A stretch of DNA of 64,000 nt from Folioceros fuciformis (lineage: Eukaryota): contig JBNGIO010006217.1 of assembly GCA_049999805.1 (NCBI GenBank), positions 124,543 through 188,542 of the forward strand, written 5' to 3'. This document shows, piece after piece, positions 59,154 to 64,000 of the stretch. Both the position numbers and the translations under genes were made by a program. The first letter of the stretch is position 1. Every line of letters starts with the position of its first letter. The notes beneath the pieces are model-generated. The model had not been told where the DNA came from. It worked only from the letters and a program-made list of their open reading frames with translations, and did not search any database.

Positions 59154-62066
59154 ATGGCCACAGCATGGCAACTGGATTTGTCTTACATCCAACAAATTGT
59201 TGGGGGTACAGGAATTATCAGAGGAACTCCAGCTCATGTCACCTCAGGGAGTCGTCCGCTGGGATACAACCAAGCCTCCAGGTGCAGGACCGTGAGGAGC
59301 CCGGCTCTTCCATTGCCGGGAAAATGTGCAGGTGGATGCTCGAGGGATGGAGCCAGCCAGGGGCAGGAGCGGTTGTGGAGGCAATTATTTTTGGGTTCTG
59401 CCTTGTGGTGGGATGACAGGCGAGGTACGAAGAGGTTTCGTGCCCCTGACTTCCGACGTGAATGGTCTAGCCAGGTCTTGCTGGTAAACAACACAGCCGA
59501 GCCAACGCCAGCTTGGGCGGATGAGGAGCTCGTTTGCTTGGATTTGCGGATGGGTCGTGGTTCCTCTTGGTGGAAGAGGAAGCCTGTGGAGAAGAATGAG
59601 CCTGGCAGGCGTGGGGGGTCGGGAATGGGCGTCGTCACCGGTGTAACCGTGGGCACGCTGTGTCAGCAGGGGAAGCTTAATGAGGCTGTTGGAGCTTTGG
59701 AATATCTTGCCAAGGCGGAGGGTGCGATTTCTGAGTCTTTGTTTTATTCTGTGCTGAAACTGTGCGCGGCTAAGAGGGATCTGGTTTTGGGGCGACGGGT
59801 TCATGATCTCACCGTCAAACTTGGGTACGAGTCGAATTCGTACTTGGGGAACCATATCTTGCGCATGTATGCATCTGGAGGTCGGCTACAAGAGGCCATG
59901 GATGTGTTCACCAGGGTGGGAAAACCAAATGCTTTCATGTGGTTTTCCATCATCTCCGCTCATGTGAAACATGGGAAGCCTAATGAGGCTATACAGCGGT
60001 ACCATGCAATGCGTGGCTCAGGTGTGACGGCAGATGCGCACGTCTTTGTAGCTGCTCTTCAAGCTTGTGCACTTGCCATGGACTTGGAATCTGGCAGGGG
60101 AGTACACTGTGATGTGTTGAACAGTCGCATGGCTCCTAACTTGTATGTTGGCAACAGCCTGGTTGACATGTATGCAAAATGTGGCGCACTGAAAGATGCA
60201 CGCCAGGTTTTTGACAGCTTGACCGCTAAGGATGTGGTGACATGGAATTCCCTAATTGCTGGGTATGCACAGCAAGGGCTCGGTCAGGAGGCGCTTGGTC
60301 TGTATGGACAAATGGAGGAAGAGGGCCTGATTTTGGCTAACCAAGTTACTTTCTCTTGCATTCTGAAGGCCTGTGCAAGCGCTGGTGCTTTGCAGAAGGG
60401 CAGGGAGGTGCACTCACAGATTGTTCAAAGAGGACTGCTGGACAACATGCTCGTGAGCACCTGCCTGTTGGACATGTATGCAAAGTGTGGTGCATTGAAA
60501 GATGCACGTCTAGTTTTTGATAGCTTGGCCACTAAGGATGTGGTGACATGGAATGCCTTGATTGCTGGGTATGCCAATCAAGGGCTCTGCCAAGAGGCGC
60601 TCGTTCTGTATGGCCAAATGGAGCAGGAGGGCATAGTTGTGCCTGACCATGTTACTTTTGCAGGCCTTCTGAAGGCCTGTGCAAGCGTTGGTGCCTTAAA
60701 GAAGGGCAGGCAGCTGCACACTCAGATTGTGAAAAGAGGATTGATAGATGACATAGTGCTGGGCAACGCTCTGGTGGACATGTATGCAAAATGCGGAGAA
60801 ATGAGGGATGCACAAGGGGTTTTTGACAGCTTGGCCTCAAAAAATGTGGTGACATGGACGGCCCTGATAGCTGGGTATGCACAGCAAGGGCTTGGCGAAG
60901 AGGCGCTTGTTGTGTATGGACAAATGGAGCAAGAGGGCTTGATTTTGGCTAACCATGTTACTTTTGCTTGCCTTTTGAAGGTTTGCGCGAGCACCGGTGC
61001 CTTGCAGAAAGGCAGGGAGCTGCACTCACAGATTGTGGAAAGTGGACTGTTAGATAACATACTGGTAGGCAGTTGCCTGATAGACATGTATGCGAAGTGT
61101 GGCGAACTGGAAGACGCACGAAGGGTTTTCGACAGCTTGGCCACAAAAAGTGTGGTGACATGGACGGCCCTGATATCTGGCTGTGGGGCTTGTGATGAAG
61201 GCCACTCCGCAGTAGCTTGTTTTGAGGCGATGTTGGATGCCAGTGTTCAGCCGGATGAAGCTACTTTTACTTGTCTTTTAGCAGCATGCAGTCATGAGGG
61301 ACTCGTGCATGAGGGACGCAAGCACTTCGATTCCATGGCTGAACAGCACGGCATCAATCCTACTATTGAGCATTACAATTGCATGATTGACCTTCTTGGG
61401 CGTGCAGGTCACTTAGACGAGGCAGAGAGCATGTTAGTATCATGTGGGAGCCAAAGCAATGCTGTGGGGTTGACATCTTTGCTTAGTTCCTGCAAGAGTT
61501 ACGGGGATGTAGAGAGGGCGATACGGTGTTTTGAAAGCCTCGTTACGCTGGAGCCTCAGGGTGCATCGGCGTATGTGCTCATGGCCACTGCCTATGCAGA
61601 CGCTGGGAGATGGGCGGATGTGGACAGGATTGAAAAACGGAGAATGATGGCAGGAGCTAACAAGAAGCCTGCAATGGCAACCATTGAGGTGGAGAAGCAG
61701 GTACACACATTTGTGGTTGGAGAAAACAGAGAAGATATTGCTCTCAAGGTGGGGAGCATGAACAAACGTCTGCAGCAGGAAGGGGGCCACGTGCCACTCA
61801 CAGAGTTGGTGCTGAAGCCACTGCACGAGAAGGAAAAGGAGGATCAGCTTTGCGGGCATGCTGAGAAGCTAGCTCTGGCGTATGGTCTCTTGAATACCTC
61901 GGATGGCACCCCTCTGCTGGTAACGAAGAATCTACGCATGTGCAGTGACTGCCACAGTTCCACGGAGGTCATGTCAAGGGTTGAAAAGAGAGACATTGTT
62001 GTCAGGGATGGGTATCGTGTGCATCGATTCGCAGCTGGTGGATGCAGTTGTCGGGGTCGACCGTGA
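59154..62066 (+). CDS. PLS-class PPR protein with complete DYW:KP domain, GRP subtype (candidate U-to-C organellar RNA-editing enzyme)
   Basis: PLS triplets at a 306-nt period, E1/E2, then KKPAMATIEV in place of the PG box, LCGHAEKLALAYGLL, KNLRMCSDCH, RDGYRVHRF and terminal CSCRGRP*. Intronless; ATG at 59154. Confidence 0.93.
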   Translation: MATAWQLDLSYIQQIVGGTGIIRGTPAHVTSGSRPLGYNQASRCRTVRSPALPLPGKCAGGCSRDGASQGQERLWRQLFLGSALWWDDRRGTKRFRAPDFRREWSSQVLLVNNTAEPTPAWADEELVCLDLRMGRGSSWWKRKPVEKNEPGRRGGSGMGVVTGVTVGTLCQQGKLNEAVGALEYLAKAEGAISESLFYSVLKLCAAKRDLVLGRRVHDLTVKLGYESNSYLGNHILRMYASGGRLQEAMDVFTRVGKPNAFMWFSIISAHVKHGKPNEAIQRYHAMRGSGVTADAHVFVAALQACALAMDLESGRGVHCDVLNSRMAPNLYVGNSLVDMYAKCGALKDARQVFDSLTAKDVVTWNSLIAGYAQQGLGQEALGLYGQMEEEGLILANQVTFSCILKACASAGALQKGREVHSQIVQRGLLDNMLVSTCLLDMYAKCGALKDARLVFDSLATKDVVTWNALIAGYANQGLCQEALVLYGQMEQEGIVVPDHVTFAGLLKACASVGALKKGRQLHTQIVKRGLIDDIVLGNALVDMYAKCGEMRDAQGVFDSLASKNVVTWTALIAGYAQQGLGEEALVVYGQMEQEGLILANHVTFACLLKVCASTGALQKGRELHSQIVESGLLDNILVGSCLIDMYAKCGELEDARRVFDSLATKSVVTWTALISGCGACDEGHSAVACFEAMLDASVQPDEATFTCLLAACSHEGLVHEGRKHFDSMAEQHGINPTIEHYNCMIDLLGRAGHLDEAESMLVSCGSQSNAVGLTSLLSSCKSYGDVERAIRCFESLVTLEPQGASAYVLMATAYADAGRWADVDRIEKRRMMAGANKKPAMATIEVEKQVHTFVVGENREDIALKVGSMNKRLQQEGGHVPLTELVLKPLHEKEKEDQLCGHAEKLALAYGLLNTSDGTPLLVTKNLRMCSDCHSSTEVMSRVEKRDIVVRDGYRVHRFAAGGCSCRGRP

Positions 62067-63081
62067 GAATGATGATGAACTAGGCAGTCAGTGATTCCGA
62101 GCAGGGGATGGGTCTGGAAGCCCTTGTCCTTTCCCGGTGCGGTGATGGGTCATTTGGAGGCGGTTTCCCGTTGGCTTCAGTATTACCCACACTGAGGCCA
62201 AGCTCCAACTGCTGTCTGGATCTTGTGCTCTGCCGGGCTTGACTTTGTCAAAACGGAGACTTCCCAGGTCTGCGCTGCGGAACGAACATATCCGTGAGTG
62301 GGTTTGTCCTCTGCCAACTGCTTTGGCCTACACAGCAGCTGGCCAGAAGGACAGAAAACCCTTTATCCTATTCTAGACCTCGTACTCGAATCTGAGCACG
62401 AAACAGCTTCCCAGTCTGCATGTGTGGAGGAACGCATTCAATACAACAGTGCATTCCTATCTCTGATCCGCCTAGGCTGGACCCCGAAGAGTCCAGTACC
62501 ACAACCTTCTCTTCAGCGAGCACAGTGGAGTGGACGAGACCCCACCGACAATGACATGCGAGCAGCAAAGCTGAAGGCGGTCCACTTGGACACTAAACTG
62601 TCCAGACCAATCTTTCGACAGGCACTCGGCCAGAAGATTTTGTTCGTGTATTGTGCATGCCGCGATTTGTGCTTGGCTGGTCAATAAAGATCGGAGCACT
62701 CAAGGTGTTCTTGAAACCCGTGGTCTTCAAAGTTCCTGGAGTTGGGCAGTGGATCCGTTTGTCCTCGCAGTTGCAGGAGGTGGACAGTGAGTCCGTTTTC
62801 CTCGCAGTTGCAGGAGGTGGGCCGTGTTATACATCGGTGTTAGCAGCTCACTCCGTTGCATGTTATGGCTTGAGCTTTATCAAGTTTCCGCGAAGCTTTT
62901 CTCTGGCTTCGATCCTTTCTGATCGAATAGGTTGTGTGCTACCCGTGTGGAATTAGGAGATCAGACCTGATNNNNNNNNNNNNNNNNNNNNNNNNNNNNN
63001 NNNNNNNNNNNNNNNNNNNNNNNNNNNNNNNNNNNNNNNNNNNNNNNNNNNNNNNNNNNNNNNNNNNNNNNGAGGAGGAGG

Positions 63082-64000
63082 ATGGAGGCTGCTGGCCCGG
63101 CGGAAGAAGCGGCAGCGGCAGGAAAGAAGAGGTGCCTTGTGCGTTTGACAAGGTCTGTGACGGCAGCAGCGCGACGGTATGATGAAAGGGAAAGGAATGA
63201 GGGAGAGCTGGAGCCTGCTGGAGGCGGCGAGGCTGCTTCCAGCCAGGAAGCAGAGCCAGCTGCTGAAGAGAATCAGGCCAGGGCTAAGAATGGCGGGACA
63301 AAGAAACGGAAGAGGATGGACACGCGGGAGGTCTTGAAGCAGATGGAGGCGGAAGGTGTGGACCCGCTGAAGATGAAAATGAGCGACCTGATATGGCGTG
63401 CACAAGCGCTGGAGAGACTCAAGGCCAAGGACGACCCTGCGAAAAAGGCGCCTGCGCAGAGGCGGGTGGTGCAAGAAGCCAGGAATGGGGACGCGCAGCG
63501 AGTGGAACCTGTGGCTGTGGCGGCTCCGCAGGTGCAGGTGGTTGATGGAAGAATTGTGATCAACGAGGAGAGCCTGGTGATATCGTCTCACGCCACCGAG
63601 GCACGGAACGGGGAAGGGTATACCAGGGTGGAGGAGAACGTGTCCAAGCTGAATTACCACAGCTACAGCAACCGCGAGAAGGTGGACCGGTGGAAGCCTG
63701 AGGAGACTGATAGGTTCTACAAGGCGTTGGAGCAGTTCGGGACCGATTTCGGGTTGATCGAGCACCTGTTCCCGGGTCGGACACGGCGGCAGGTGAAGGC
63801 CAAGTACAAGATTGAGGAGAGGCTGAACCCTCGCCGCCTGGATGACGCTTTGAATTGCATGTCCCGGGGACCTGTGTATCACCAGGAATTGGTTGAGATG
63901 TTGATGCCCCAGCCCCAGCCCCAGCCCGCAGATGAAGTGGAGGATGTGCTTGATGGAGGTGGTGCAACGATGAAGCCGGGTAACGTGCCCGTGGAGGATG
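63082..64000 (+). CDS. BDP1: BDP1 / TFIIIB B'' subunit-like SANT-domain protein (partial; 5' end abuts an N gap, ORF runs off the window)
   Basis: Open frame not listed in the ORF track: APQVQVVDGRIVINEESLVI...KLNYHSYSNREKVDRWKPEETDRFYKALEQFGTDFGLIEHLFPGRTRRQVKAKYKIEERLNPRRLDDAL. Confidence 0.85.
   Translation, partial: MEAAGPAEEAAAAGKKRCLVRLTRSVTAAARRYDERERNEGELEPAGGGEAASSQEAEPAAEENQARAKNGGTKKRKRMDTREVLKQMEAEGVDPLKMKMSDLIWRAQALERLKAKDDPAKKAPAQRRVVQEARNGDAQRVEPVAVAAPQVQVVDGRIVINEESLVISSHATEARNGEGYTRVEENVSKLNYHSYSNREKVDRWKPEETDRFYKALEQFGTDFGLIEHLFPGRTRRQVKAKYKIEERLNPRRLDDALNCMSRGPVYHQELVEMLMPQPQPQPADEVEDVLDGGGATMKPGNVPVED

Noticed and set aside
62745-62822. ~38-bp tandem duplication (TCCGTTT.TCCTCGCAGTTGCAGGAGGTGG) upstream of the BDP1-like ORF
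   Set aside because: Real but only two copies, with no further structure to interpret.

Overview
Gene-dense nuclear DNA from a non-seed land plant. Short (~60-150 nt) GT-AG introns and the PPR editing-factor subtypes point to a hornwort (Anthoceros-like); this is an inference. Housekeeping genes in order: CRT-like transporter (CLT), GT32 alpha-1,4-glycosyltransferase, cystathionine beta-lyase, a small stand-alone protein resembling the ASCC2 C-terminus, an AT-rich FSIP1-like gene, a zinc-ribbon/RING-H2 E3 ligase, RPN8, plastid NFU, PP2A A subunit, sn-2 GPAT, MO25 and a partial BDP1-like ORF. There are three intronless PLS-class PPR RNA-editing factors. Two are 'WW-type' E+ proteins whose DYW deaminase appears to survive only as frameshifted relics after the stop codon. 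The third has a complete DYW:KP 'GRP' domain, the class linked to reverse U-to-C editing. The GRP protein, and more degenerately the longest WW protein, carries an N-terminal motif resembling the ssDNA-binding PDF motif of OSB proteins; this is the most novel-looking signal. At 45.6-51.2 kb is a nested transposon island: an L1 LINE with a 19-bp TSD inside a Copia LTR element, adjoining CRE-like non-LTR remnants. Several minisatellites and six N-gaps are present. Exon boundaries were read by eye and all family assignments come from motif recognition, not database searches.
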